64,000 bases of DNA from a virus (taxonomy: Duplodnaviria > Caudoviricetes). Below the pieces are notes generated by a model. The model ran no database searches. It saw nothing but the letters and a program-made list of their open reading frames with translations, and was not told the origin of the DNA. Each line of letters begins with the position of its first letter. Within the stretch, counting starts at the first letter, position 1. Location of the stretch: positions 38,106 to 102,105 of the IMG/VR virus record IMGVR_UViG_2595698619_000001. One strand, written 5' to 3'. This document shows, piece by piece, positions 16,997-27,120 of this stretch. The position numbers were made by a program, and so were the translations under genes.

Positions 16997-18509
16997 CGCT
17001 CCACCGTCCCGGGTTACCTTCGACGACTCGCACGTCGCCGTCCAGCACTTCTTCGAGCATCGGGTCCTTGCCTTCCTCTTCGAGGTCGCGGATTTCCTCG
17101 CAGACCTGCTCGTGCTTGTCGAACGTGGGATACCGCAGACCCGTGTAACTGTACTTCGACAGCCCGTTCTTCTGAAGTTGACCGACGGGTTCGCCGTCAG
17201 GACCTTCGACGAACCGCAGGACCTGGTCGACCTTGTAGGCGTTGTCTCGCTCGCCCACAGGTTTCTTCGGGTTCCCTTCGTCACCCTCCATGATGGCCTC
17301 GTAGTCGTCCGTCTGCATGGCCGTCCAGTAGAAGTGGAACGGGGTGTCAATCATTACCTCGCGGAACCGCTTGTTGTGGTACCGCTTGATGACTTTCCAG
17401 TCGCTCTCACCCGAGCGTCCCATGTTGGACGACAGGTTGACTTCGTCGAGCGTCTTCCCCTGGTACGCCTTGCTGACGTACTTCTGCTTCGACCACTCCC
17501 ACATCTCACTCATCGAGTCGACTACGATGGTGCCGCGGTGACCTTCCTCGAGGTAGCGGTGAAGCACGGAGATGGCCTCGTTGAGCGCCTCTCGCGCCTC
17601 GTCGTAGTCGTCGGGTTGCCAGATGTACGTGACCTTATCCTCGAACTTCGAGGCGAGGTTGTGCGCCTTGCCCTCCGTGTCTATGATACAGACAGGTTGA
17701 GGCATGGTGAACCCGAAGTGGGTCTTGCCCTTGCCGGGTTCTGCCCACCCGAGGATACGCCAGAGGTACGGTTGCTCTGCCGCCTCGTCGGTGTCCATGG
17801 CGTTCGGAGCAACGTCTCCGATGTCCACGGCCCCGATGCTGCTCACGTCGTCGTCTACCGAAGCAGTTTGCGTCGTCTCGGGTTCGTCGTCCTGCTCGGT
17901 CGTGTCGGACGTGTCCTCGTCGGCGAGGTTGTCTACCCCAATCTCGTCGAGTTCATCGGGGTCGACTTCATCGACCGCGTCGTCCACCTCATCCTGAGTC
18001 GCTCCGTCGTCCTCGTCGTCCATGCCCCACCCGCCGCTGTCGTCGGTCGACTCGTCGTCGGATGTCTCGTCCTGCGTCTCGTCGTCCTCGTTCTGCGAGG
18101 TGGCGTCGGAGTCGTTTCCCGCGTCCTCATCAGCATCGTCCTCGACCTGATTCAGACGACGCTCGTACACTTCCTGTGCGGACGAGCGCGTGTCCTGCTC
18201 CATCGCTTCGCGCAGAACGTCGGCGTCGTCGAGCTCCTTGTACTTGTCCTCGATGGTGGACACAGTGATGCTCTCGACGTTCTCCGCGTCAACGACCGAC
18301 GCGAACTGCTGCGCGAACCCGAGTTCTTCCTCGGTTTCGTCGTCGCGGTCATCACCGTCAGCGAGGTCCTGCACGTCAGAACCCCATCCTCCAGCGTCGT
18401 CAGACGTGTCCTCGGTGGTGTCCCCCTCCACCTCGGTCGTTTCCTCGTCGGCATCGTCTGCCTCGAGGTCCTCTGCCTCCAGTTCGTCGTCGTCCATTCC
18501 CCAGCTCAT
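16989..18509 (-). CDS. P-loop ATPase, Sak4/AAA_24-like, with long acidic N-terminus
   Basis: PGKGKT, IDTEG, IVVDS; roughly 240 aa D/E-rich N-terminus. Confidence 0.7.
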   Translation of the reverse strand: MSWGMDDDELEAEDLEADDADEETTEVEGDTTEDTSDDAGGWGSDVQDLADGDDRDDETEEELGFAQQFASVVDAENVESITVSTIEDKYKELDDADVLREAMEQDTRSSAQEVYERRLNQVEDDADEDAGNDSDATSQNEDDETQDETSDDESTDDSGGWGMDDEDDGATQDEVDDAVDEVDPDELDEIGVDNLADEDTSDTTEQDDEPETTQTASVDDDVSSIGAVDIGDVAPNAMDTDEAAEQPYLWRILGWAEPGKGKTHFGFTMPQPVCIIDTEGKAHNLASKFEDKVTYIWQPDDYDEAREALNEAISVLHRYLEEGHRGTIVVDSMSEMWEWSKQKYVSKAYQGKTLDEVNLSSNMGRSGESDWKVIKRYHNKRFREVMIDTPFHFYWTAMQTDDYEAIMEGDEGNPKKPVGERDNAYKVDQVLRFVEGPDGEPVGQLQKNGLSKYSYTGLRYPTFDKHEQVCEEIRDLEEEGKDPMLEEVLDGDVRVVEGNPGRWSDD

Positions 18510-19549
18510 AGGCTTTGCGTCTCCGTTCCGTGGTCATCGTCGTCGTTACCGCCGTTGTTGCCGTAGTTGTCGTCTATCGGCATCGAGATGTACGGGACGA
18601 TTCCGACCACGTTCATCTGAATCTGCCCCTTGTTGTCTCCACTGTCCTCGCGCGTGATTGTTCCGTAGAAGTCACACTGCGAGTCGTTTCCGTACTCCAT
18701 CAGGTCCGGTTGCGTCCAGCACGTCAGACCTGCGTTCCGGTCGTCGCCACCGGTAATCTCCTCGCGGAGGTCGTTCGGGTCTACCACCGTGTCGTCGAGA
18801 ATGTTGTAGATACCGAACGGGTTGCCGTTCTTCGACTCACCCTGATAGTGGTCGACCACGTACCCGCTGATACGCTTGAGGTCTCCCTCGTGCGAGAAGT
18901 CATCGCTGTCCCCGACGGACAGGTGGTCACCGAGGTCCGCGAGCGTCGCCGCGTCCTCGATTTGGTTGTTGATGACTTTCCGCTTGCCGTCCTTGCTGCT
19001 CGGCAGGTCGTCGAAGTCGCCCTCCTCCGCCTTTGTCTGGTCAGACGACCAGCAGACGTAGATGGGCGTCGGTTCGGGGTCGCCCGTCGCCTTCACGTCG
19101 CCCTCCTCGATGGAGTTCCACACCTTCAGTTCGTTGAGCGGGCGGAACTTCGCCTTCATGTCGCCCAGGTCAACGCCGTCCGTCTCGTCGAAGATGAACA
19201 CTCCGATGCCGACCGGCTTGTCGTGCGGGTTGACGATGGCGTAGGCGAAGAGAACGTCTCGCTCCTGAGTGTTCGGGTTGTTACGTCCCCAACGTCGCAC
19301 ACCGCCGTGACCGAGTGCGAGTGTTGGAATCTCGACGACCTCACCCGAGAACGAGGACGTGCGGTCCTGACGCATGATTTCCGAGCGCACCATGCGAACC
19401 GCGAACGACTTGATGGCATCCTCACTCAGGTCGTCCTCCGCGTTTTTCCTCGCGTCGCTCAGTTTGGTTTGGAACCGCTCCTTGAGGTCTGCGAGGTCCT
19501 TCCCGGTGTCGTCTGCGATTTTCTCGAGTTCCTGTGCCACGTCCGTCAT
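18506..19549 (-). CDS. hypothetical protein, possible OB-fold ssDNA-binding protein
   Basis: Beta-rich segments, acidic tail, position beside the recombination ATPase; inference only. Confidence 0.45.
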   Translation of the reverse strand: MTDVAQELEKIADDTGKDLADLKERFQTKLSDARKNAEDDLSEDAIKSFAVRMVRSEIMRQDRTSSFSGEVVEIPTLALGHGGVRRWGRNNPNTQERDVLFAYAIVNPHDKPVGIGVFIFDETDGVDLGDMKAKFRPLNELKVWNSIEEGDVKATGDPEPTPIYVCWSSDQTKAEEGDFDDLPSSKDGKRKVINNQIEDAATLADLGDHLSVGDSDDFSHEGDLKRISGYVVDHYQGESKNGNPFGIYNILDDTVVDPNDLREEITGGDDRNAGLTCWTQPDLMEYGNDSQCDFYGTITREDSGDNKGQIQMNVVGIVPYISMPIDDNYGNNGGNDDDDHGTETQSL

Positions 19550-19782
19550 GCCGTATCTCCTCGCTTCATCTGCGTCTTTTCGTTTACCGTACCCCTCCGT
19601 AAAGGGTCGGGTCTAAGATGCCCCGCAAGAATAGGTCCAGCACACCCACCCGCTCTGGACACTAAGTGTTAATATCCCTACCGCGTTACTTATCTTTGAA
19701 CATGGCTGTAGTAGGGAAGAGGGAGTTAAGGGCTGACCCTATTTTACAGCAGTAGACGGTTGCTACGACGGAGACACTAACC
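19550..19782. promoter_or_regulatory. divergent promoter region between the replication operon and radA
   Basis: Non-coding gap between divergent genes containing AT-rich boxes (ttaata, ttatc, gttaag). Confidence 0.5.
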
Positions 19783-20694
19783 ATGGAAGTCACAGACCTT
19801 ACTGGCGTTGGTCAAGTAACGTTCAACGATAAACTGAAGCCGGCCGGATTTGATACGATAGACAAGATAGCGAAGGCTACGGTGGATGAGCTGGTCGATG
19901 AAGCAGGACTGACTGAAGGGAAGGCTGAGAAGATACACCAACGAGCGAACAGAGAAGCGGTGATACTTCAGTCAGGTACGGACGTGCAGGACGAGTACGA
20001 CAGCAAGAGTTACGTGAAGACGGGGATGGAGAAGCTCGATACGATGCTCGGTGGAGGATGGGAGGAAGGGTTCCTCATCACCCTGTCGGGCGAAGCAGGT
20101 TCCGGGAAGACACAGGTCGCGTTCAACTCGATGGTACACGCTGTGGAGCAGGAAGGAAAGCCCGCTGTCTACATCGAGACGGAGCCTAACCGTTATCGCC
20201 CCGAACGGCTACGTGCCCTCGCCAACGAGGAGGACACTCAGCAAGACATATATCGTATAAAGGCATACGACCTCGAAAAGCAGAAGCTCGCCTACGAGAA
20301 GGTGCGTGAAGCGTTTGACGAGGTGTCTCTCGTTGTGGTCGACTCGTTCACTGCCCGCTTCCGCCTCGCTGAGCAATTCGACGGTCGAGGTTCGCTGAGT
20401 CAACGGTCGGAGGAGATGGGCGCCCACCTACGTCGTCTCGAGCGCCTGTGTGAGGAACTGGGCGCACCCGTCCTTCTCACTGCGCAGGTGTACGGGAATC
20501 CCAGCGGGTTCGGTGCAGGAGACGCTGTCTACGGGGGTTCGCTCATGCAGCACACCGTCTCGTGTTTCGTCAATATGAAGTCGTCGAGTGGGAATCTGAA
20601 GGAGGCACAACTACGCGGTCATCCTGGTCAGGCAGACGAGGAGGTCTACGTCAATATCGGCGAGAATCAACTCGAAGCGATGGACAACGTCTAG
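19783..20694 (+). CDS. radA: RadA recombinase
   Basis: N-terminal HhH, LDTMLGGG, GEAGSGKTQ, VVDS, RG.L..R. Confidence 0.92.
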   Translation: MEVTDLTGVGQVTFNDKLKPAGFDTIDKIAKATVDELVDEAGLTEGKAEKIHQRANREAVILQSGTDVQDEYDSKSYVKTGMEKLDTMLGGGWEEGFLITLSGEAGSGKTQVAFNSMVHAVEQEGKPAVYIETEPNRYRPERLRALANEEDTQQDIYRIKAYDLEKQKLAYEKVREAFDEVSLVVVDSFTARFRLAEQFDGRGSLSQRSEEMGAHLRRLERLCEELGAPVLLTAQVYGNPSGFGAGDAVYGGSLMQHTVSCFVNMKSSSGNLKEAQLRGHPGQADEEVYVNIGENQLEAMDNV

Positions 20695-20843
20695 TAGCGA
20701 CGGTACGACGACCGACGCCGACTCTTTCTCTCGAAGTGTCGCAGGCCCACGTACACGAGCATTATCGCCCAGAGTCCTGCGAAGAATATGACGAACGATA
20801 GCAGGACCATCATCTGCACGTCAGCGACGAGGTTCTCGAACAT
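20691..20843 (-). CDS. 50-aa single-TM microprotein with basic tail
   Basis: Hand translation MFENLVADVQMMVLLSFVIFFAGLWAIMLVYVGLRHFERKSRRRSSYRRY. Confidence 0.55.
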   Translation of the reverse strand: MFENLVADVQMMVLLSFVIFFAGLWAIMLVYVGLRHFERKSRRRSSYRRY

Positions 20844-20844
20844 C

Positions 20845-20946
20845 TTAGAACCCGCCGGAGACGCTCACGACCATGAGCAGGCCCGTCAGGACGAGGACGA
20901 GCAGCGCCCAGAGTCCTGCGCCCAAGCGAACGAGAGTGTGGTTCAT
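20845..20946 (-). CDS. 33-aa hydrophobic microprotein
   Basis: Hand translation MNHTLVRLGAGLWALLVLVLTGLLMVVSVSGGF; preceded by a gaggtga SD-like site. Confidence 0.5.
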   Translation of the reverse strand: MNHTLVRLGAGLWALLVLVLTGLLMVVSVSGGF

Positions 20947-21282
20947 CTCTGTGTCACCTCACACATGGTAGTACACAGGTCGCGCATAAATACTTGGCGG
21001 AGAAAATACCGTACCGAAACGTATGGGGCAGAGTAGTAAAACGTGAACCGCCTTTAGAAGCGCCTATGCAGACAAAATCCGACGAAGCGGGGTATAGCAG
21101 TCAACGTCAGGCCATCGGAGTTACTGTGACGTACTACTGAAACCCCCGAGAACTAGTCTACCGCCCGTCAACTGTCTTTAGAAGGGCTATACTCCGTCCG
21201 AGTTCAGCGAGTATCTCGACCGGTGAAATTCTCTGCGGGATGTTGAAGGTCGCATGACGGGAAACGTGTTATAGAGAGCGTC

Positions 21283-21945
21283 ATGCCAGGTGGTAAACCC
21301 AAGTTCCGGAAGAAGGAAACCCGCGTAGAAGTTGCTCTCGCCAAGTACTACGGTCTTGGTGATGAGGAACCGTGGGACCTCGACAGGATAGCGGAGTACC
21401 TCAACGTCTCCCTGTCCACGGTCGAGGACTACGTGTATAACAGCGAGATGGCGGAGGAGGTGGAGCGCGCCGCTGCGGAAGCGCAGGCACGCACGCGCAT
21501 GGAAATCGTCGTCAAGCTCAAGAACGAGCTGTCGAAGCTCGAAGAAATCGAGGAGGACCTCCTTCAGGCGAAAGATACCGTCATCTCGTCGTACACACCG
21601 AAGCACGTCGAGGTCAAGGTCAACTCCCCGGAAGGGGTCCACTTCGACGACGACGCCGATTCTCCGACCGTCTCCACGCAGATACCCGTGCCTGCGGACT
21701 ACAAGGAGGTCCCGGACACGAGCAAGCTCAAGAACGTCTGGATTCAAAAGCGCAAAATCATCCAAGACATCGAGGACCTGATGGGGCTCGAGGCGCCGGA
21801 CAAGGTCGAGCAGGAAAGCAAATCGGTGCACCTCGAACGCAAGGTCTACGAAGTGCGCGACTCGGGTGACTTCCCGGAAGCGGACGTCTCGCACGTCAAC
21901 GACGAACCCGCAGAAATCGAGGTCGAACCTACAGACGACGCATGA
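21283..21945 (+). CDS. putative terminase small subunit
   Basis: N-terminal HTH (IAEYLNVSLSTVEDY), coiled coil, upstream of terL. Confidence 0.55.
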   Translation: MPGGKPKFRKKETRVEVALAKYYGLGDEEPWDLDRIAEYLNVSLSTVEDYVYNSEMAEEVERAAAEAQARTRMEIVVKLKNELSKLEEIEEDLLQAKDTVISSYTPKHVEVKVNSPEGVHFDDDADSPTVSTQIPVPADYKEVPDTSKLKNVWIQKRKIIQDIEDLMGLEAPDKVEQESKSVHLERKVYEVRDSGDFPEADVSHVNDEPAEIEVEPTDDA

Positions 21946-22499
21946 GTAGCTCAGCAAAGGAGACGACTCGGTGTCAGAACTGTGGTGAGCAGTTCTCTTA
22001 CTATCCTTCGAGCACACCGGGTAAGTATTGCTCTCGTTCCTGTTCGACGGACGCAAACTCCGGTGAGAATCATTACAGGTACTCACAGGTGTCGGTTCGT
22101 TGTACGTGGTGCGGAAAACGTCTCTCGCGTCGTAAGTCGCGGGTCCTCAAACACGACCATCAGTTCTGTGATGAGACGTGCGAAGGTCAGTGGCGTTCAG
22201 AACTCCAGTCTGGCGACGGTAATCCTAATTGGAGAGGCGGTTCTGACGACGAGTATCCGTTCGGGTCGAATTGGGAGAAGCAGAGGGCAAAAGCGCTCGA
22301 ACGTGATAAGGTCTGTCAACGGTGCGGCGAGGACGGCTCGGACGCTCGCCTGTCTGTTCACCACCTGGAACCTCGCCGGTCGTTCGACCGAGATGACCTT
22401 GAGGAGAAGGCGAACGACTTGAGTAACCTCGTCGTCCTCTGCATGCCGTGTCATGGTGCGGTAGAGCACAACCCCGAGGTGACTCTTGATGTCTGCTGA
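21942..22499 (+). CDS. HNH endonuclease with Cys-rich fingers
   Basis: RD..C..CG..VHH...NLVVLC..CH. Confidence 0.85.
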   Translation: MSSSAKETTRCQNCGEQFSYYPSSTPGKYCSRSCSTDANSGENHYRYSQVSVRCTWCGKRLSRRKSRVLKHDHQFCDETCEGQWRSELQSGDGNPNWRGGSDDEYPFGSNWEKQRAKALERDKVCQRCGEDGSDARLSVHHLEPRRSFDRDDLEEKANDLSNLVVLCMPCHGAVEHNPEVTLDVC

Positions 22500-23934
22500 G
22501 CAATCGGCGGCGTGGGAGTTTACACCTTTTGATAAGCAAGAAGACTTCCTCAACTGTACGGACAGGCAGGTTCTCCTGTCCGGCGCGTTCGGTACCGGGA
22601 AGACACTCGTTGGGTGTGAGAAGGGGTACAGGTTCAATCAGATGTACCCCGGCAACCGCGGGCTCATCGTTCGTAAGACGTTCACTGACGTGAAGTCAAC
22701 GACGGTGAATCAGACGCTCCTGGAGGACGTGATTCCCCCGTCGCATATCGTCGAGCACAACCGCTCGGAGCACGTCATAGAACACTACACGGGTGAGCAG
22801 ACGCCCGACGGTGAACCCGTCACGTCCGAGATTTACTACCACGGTCTCGACTCGGGACGGAAGACAGGCGACGACGACCTCCCGCGCAAAATCGGTGGGA
22901 TGGAGTTCGGGTGGATTTTCGTTGATGAGGCCTCAGAACTGTCGAAAGGTGAGTGGACCCAGCTCATGGGCCGTCTTCGTTTCGACGGGCGACGGGTCGG
23001 GAATTACCAGTACCAGGTCCCGTATCGTCAAATCTTCGCTGCGACGAACCCGGAACACCCGGGACACTGGATGTACCGGTGGTTCTTCGAGGACAACAGA
23101 GGAACGCACTTCACCCTCCGCATGGACGATAATCCCCACCTAGCGGAGGACTACGTGCAGGACAACAAGGAGAACTACTCGGGCGTGTACTTCGACCGAT
23201 ACATCCTCGGGAAGTGGGTCGGTGCAGAAGGTCTCATCTACGACGAGTGGGACCCTGATACGCACCACGTCAAACCCAGCGAGCTTCCCGGAGATTGGGA
23301 GGTTCACCGCACGGAGGAGTACGAGGACGGCGAGGCATACTTCGCGTCTCCGCCCGAAGACTGGCGCGTGTACCGCACCATCGACTTCGGGTATCGTAAC
23401 CCGTTCGTCTGTCAGTGGTGGGGTCGCGGTCCCGACGACCAGTTCGTCCTGTTCCGCGAGCTGTATCAGACGGAAGAACTCGTCGAGGACCTCGCCAAGA
23501 AAATCAAAACGCTCGACCCGCAAGGACACGTCGTAGACCAGTCGTTCGCTGACTGGAACGCCGAGGACCGCGCCACTCTCCAACGTCACGGGGTGGACGT
23601 GGCTCGTGCGAATAAGGACGTGTCGCCGGGAATCCAGAGTGTGAAGTCGCGCCTGACGAAGGACGAGCGCGGCAAACCGGGGCTCTACATCATGCAGGGT
23701 GCGAGAGTGCATGAGCCCGACGACAACCTCGATGAGAACAACGACCCGGTTAAGACAGTGGGGGAAATAACTGGGTACAAGTGGAACGACTCAGATGACG
23801 AGGACCGCCCGAAAAAGGCCGACGACCACGGCATGGACGCTATGCGGTACTTCGTCCATACGGTCGATGCTCGGGGTCAGATGTCAGAGGAGGAGATGAG
23901 AGAATGGAGCAACACGGTGAATTCTGCATGGTGA
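22486..23934 (+). CDS. terL: terminase large subunit
   Basis: GAFGTGKT, FVDEA, ATNP, IDFG..NP, DHGMDAMRY. Confidence 0.95.
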   Translation: MMSAEQSAAWEFTPFDKQEDFLNCTDRQVLLSGAFGTGKTLVGCEKGYRFNQMYPGNRGLIVRKTFTDVKSTTVNQTLLEDVIPPSHIVEHNRSEHVIEHYTGEQTPDGEPVTSEIYYHGLDSGRKTGDDDLPRKIGGMEFGWIFVDEASELSKGEWTQLMGRLRFDGRRVGNYQYQVPYRQIFAATNPEHPGHWMYRWFFEDNRGTHFTLRMDDNPHLAEDYVQDNKENYSGVYFDRYILGKWVGAEGLIYDEWDPDTHHVKPSELPGDWEVHRTEEYEDGEAYFASPPEDWRVYRTIDFGYRNPFVCQWWGRGPDDQFVLFRELYQTEELVEDLAKKIKTLDPQGHVVDQSFADWNAEDRATLQRHGVDVARANKDVSPGIQSVKSRLTKDERGKPGLYIMQGARVHEPDDNLDENNDPVKTVGEITGYKWNDSDDEDRPKKADDHGMDAMRYFVHTVDARGQMSEEEMREWSNTVNSAW

Positions 23935-24515
23935 AAGAACATACGTGTGATAAGTGCGAAGCTCGTTTCAAGAGTTGGCACTACAAGGACGGGCATGAAA
24001 GGCGAGAACACCCGGAGTTATTCCCTTACGAGTGCCCATCTTGTGACAAGAACCTCAAAACGGAACGAGGCGTTCGTACCCACCACAAGCAATCGCATGG
24101 TGAATCGCTAGTCGAGGAAGAAGTAGAATGTGATACCTGCGGCGAACCGTTCGTTCAATCGGGGTACAAACTTCGCAGGAACGAGCATCACTTCTGTTCG
24201 TCCGACTGTTACGGTGAGTTCCGTTCTCAGTATTATACTGGCGACAAGCATCATAATTGGAAAGGAGGACACGTCGAGTACGGTGAGAACTGGTACGCTG
24301 TGAGACGGAAAGTGCGTAGTAGGGACGAGGTATGTCAGAAGTGCGGTTCGGATGGGACTGACTGCCTCCTCGACGTTCATCATATCGACCCCATCCGGAC
24401 GTTCGAGAAACCCGAGGAGGCAAATACGATGGACAACCTGATACTCCTTTGTAGGAGTTGTCACCGAGCAGTGGAAGAGAATCAAGCAAAATGCCCGCAA
24501 CCGGAGGCATGGTAA
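23928..24515 (+). CDS. HNH endonuclease with zinc fingers
   Basis: C2H2 fingers; RD..C..CG..DVHHI...NLILLC..CH. Confidence 0.85.
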   Translation: MVKEHTCDKCEARFKSWHYKDGHERREHPELFPYECPSCDKNLKTERGVRTHHKQSHGESLVEEEVECDTCGEPFVQSGYKLRRNEHHFCSSDCYGEFRSQYYTGDKHHNWKGGHVEYGENWYAVRRKVRSRDEVCQKCGSDGTDCLLDVHHIDPIRTFEKPEEANTMDNLILLCRSCHRAVEENQAKCPQPEAW

Positions 24516-24518
24516 ATC

Positions 24519-26381
24519 ATGGCAACGAAACTCGGTAAGGCAGTCCGTAGCCGTGTAACGAGCACGCTGGACAAACGTATCGCCGGCATGCTGTCGAAGT
24601 ACGGAGTCGGTTATCCGTCCTTCTCTCGCGCGGAGCAACCGCGTGGACGTGAGCCGCAACCACCGTATCAGCGTCGCGTCAGCCCGACGTTCATCTATCG
24701 CCTGCGTCAGAACTCGACGCTGGTCAACAACGCCATCGAGGAGAAGGTATCGCAGACCTTCCGTCGAGGCTTCACGGAAATCGAGAAGAAGTGGGAAGCG
24801 AAGTGTCCCGCGTGCAAGGAGACCTACGAGACACTGCAACCGTTCTACGATGAGTTCTCGTGGCTCGAGGAAGGCGACGAGGTTGACTTCTCGAAGGAGC
24901 GGCGGTGTCCTGACTGCGACGAACGAGTCGGGTTCAAGACGCCTGACAAGCAGGACAAGTTCCTGCTGGAATCGTTCCTCGGGCAAGCGAACCAGCGGTC
25001 GCAGGTCAACAGCGACCTCGAACCTTCCGAGCAGAACTCGGTCGGACAAACGCTCCTCGAGGTGTTCAAGGAGGTCGGGTGGGACATCCAGTCCTTCGAC
25101 GACGGATGGCTCATCTTCGAGCGTTCGTACAAGACGGATTCGGACGGCAAAATCGTCGACTACGAACTGAAGGGTGTGCACCGCGCACCGCCTGAGCTCA
25201 TGCGATACTCGGTGGACGAGAACGGTCACTTCGGACAGGAATACTACGTCTGTGTCGAGTGTCGCGCGACTGAAGGCGAGATGTACGAACCGCAGCGTTC
25301 GGGCGAGCACTGTCAGAACTGCGGGAGTCACACCTATCCCGTGTACGCTGTTGGGATTGACGGGCTCGGTCGTGGCAACAACGAGGACCCGGACAACTAC
25401 TTCATCCGCGGAGAGTTCGTACACGCGAGCGAGTACGAGCCGTCGAAGTTCTATGGGTACTCGCCAATCCTGACGCTGTGGGACGAGGCGTCTACCCTGG
25501 AGAAGATGGACAACTGGTATCGAGAGGCCTACAAAGAGCGTCGCGCACCGCGTGGCGCCATGATTATCTCGTCCTCGAACAGCGAATCCACCCGCGCGTT
25601 CAACAAGGGCGAGATGGAGAAACTGCGGAACGACCCCAACTACATCCCGACGTTCATAGACGATTCTCAGTCGGGTGAGGGCGGGAAGCCTATCGAGTTC
25701 ATCAACCTACTCGAAACGCCCGCCGCCATGCAGCACATGGAGATGAGGGAGTGGTTCCTCGACCGTATCTCCGCGAAGTACGGTGTCACCGCTGTGTTCC
25801 AGTCGGGTTCGCCTGAGAACGCGGGCCTGTCGCAGTCGATGGAGATTCAGGTGTCGAACCGGAGCGCCGACCGGCTGCGCACCATCTTCAACAATACGTT
25901 CTTCCCGGCAATCCTCGGGCAGCTCGGTGTTGACGGGTGGGAAGTCAAAGTCGATACGGTCGAAGAGGAGGACGAGCAGGAAGAGGCGCAACTCACGCAG
26001 ACGCACCTCAAGATGGCGAAGCTCGCTCTGGAAATCGGTGCCCAGGTCGAGTGGACAGCGAACGACCGCGCAGACATCAAGGCAGGCAAACTCGAGGCGC
26101 CGCAGGAGGAAGAAGGTCAACCCGGCATGGGTGGCCTCGGTGAGATGATGGGTGGTGGCGCTGACGAGATGATGGGCGAGGACGGTGACCCTGAAGCGGG
26201 TTCAATCCCGGCGCAGGACGAGGAACAGGACCCTGGTCCGCAAGGCGGAGCAGAAGGCGGGATGGCGCCGAAACCTGAGGAGGGTGATGGTGACCCGAGA
26301 TTTCAGTCACCGGGGAAGTCGTTTAAGATGACGCGGGATGAAGATGATAACGTCTTCAAACTGGTGAAGAAGGATGACTAA
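24519..26381 (+). CDS. portal protein with zinc-ribbon insertions
   Basis: Follows terL; FYGYSPI, R..I.AKYGV motifs; two pairs of CxxC. Confidence 0.8.
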   Translation: MATKLGKAVRSRVTSTLDKRIAGMLSKYGVGYPSFSRAEQPRGREPQPPYQRRVSPTFIYRLRQNSTLVNNAIEEKVSQTFRRGFTEIEKKWEAKCPACKETYETLQPFYDEFSWLEEGDEVDFSKERRCPDCDERVGFKTPDKQDKFLLESFLGQANQRSQVNSDLEPSEQNSVGQTLLEVFKEVGWDIQSFDDGWLIFERSYKTDSDGKIVDYELKGVHRAPPELMRYSVDENGHFGQEYYVCVECRATEGEMYEPQRSGEHCQNCGSHTYPVYAVGIDGLGRGNNEDPDNYFIRGEFVHASEYEPSKFYGYSPILTLWDEASTLEKMDNWYREAYKERRAPRGAMIISSSNSESTRAFNKGEMEKLRNDPNYIPTFIDDSQSGEGGKPIEFINLLETPAAMQHMEMREWFLDRISAKYGVTAVFQSGSPENAGLSQSMEIQVSNRSADRLRTIFNNTFFPAILGQLGVDGWEVKVDTVEEEDEQEEAQLTQTHLKMAKLALEIGAQVEWTANDRADIKAGKLEAPQEEEGQPGMGGLGEMMGGGADEMMGEDGDPEAGSIPAQDEEQDPGPQGGAEGGMAPKPEEGDGDPRFQSPGKSFKMTRDEDDNVFKLVKKDD

Positions 26382-27120
26382 ACGGTATCAGCGAAAGGAT
26401 TGGCTTGAGCAGAAGTACTGCAAAGAGTCCTTAGACAAAATTGAAATTGCTGATATTTGTGGTGTTTCTAGGTCTACTGTTGATTACTGGGTGGATAAGC
26501 ACGGCGTCGAAAGAGAATATAAGAAGAGTGACTGGCTTCAGGAGAAATATTGGGAGGAAGAACTGAGTGCTGGTGAGATGGCAGAAATGTGTGAGGTTGA
26601 CCGCACGACAATTCTGTACTGGATGGATTGCCATGATATAGAACGCCGGGGGTTTTCAGAAAGTTCTGAATTAATGTGGCGTGAGAACGAGGAGCTACGC
26701 GAGGAACAGAAGGAACGTAGTGAGCGAGTGTTCGCAGAAAGCCCACCTCCTGTTATCGCTGATGGGTGCCATCTTGAGGAGACGAAAGAAAAGATATCTG
26801 AATCGTTGACTGGTAAGAGTAATCCTCGTTGGCGTGGAGGGTCGTCTGAGTATTACGGTGGTCGTTGGGATGCTAAACGGGAGAAGGCTATCCTTGCTGA
26901 TTCCGAGCAGTGTGCGTCATGTGGTATGACCCGTGCAGAACACAAGCAGGTGTATGGTCGAGACTTGCACGTTCATCATAAAATACCAGTTCGTGTATTT
27001 GACGATGTTAGTGATGCTCACTTCGAGGTTAATCTTGTGACAGTGTGCATGGAGTGTCACGAGGAGTTCGACCGAATTTCTCGGGAGTGGCAGGACCGAA
27101 AGATGGAGGTTCCGGCATGA
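26374..27120 (+). CDS. HNH endonuclease with tandem HTH repeats
   Basis: WL..KY..E.L...EIA repeats; LHVHH...NLVTVC..CH. Confidence 0.85.
   Translation: MTKRYQRKDWLEQKYCKESLDKIEIADICGVSRSTVDYWVDKHGVEREYKKSDWLQEKYWEEELSAGEMAEMCEVDRTTILYWMDCHDIERRGFSESSELMWRENEELREEQKERSERVFAESPPPVIADGCHLEETKEKISESLTGKSNPRWRGGSSEYYGGRWDAKREKAILADSEQCASCGMTRAEHKQVYGRDLHVHHKIPVRVFDDVSDAHFEVNLVTVCMECHEEFDRISREWQDRKMEVPA

Noticed and set aside
16509-18566. 685-aa plus-strand ORF and similar long antisense ORFs (12578-13885, 18515-19672, 24108-25424, 56288-57469)
   Set aside because: Shadows of high-GC acidic genes on the opposite strand
20788-21036. 82-aa plus-strand ORF
   Set aside because: Two minus-strand TM microproteins with tight packing explain the region better
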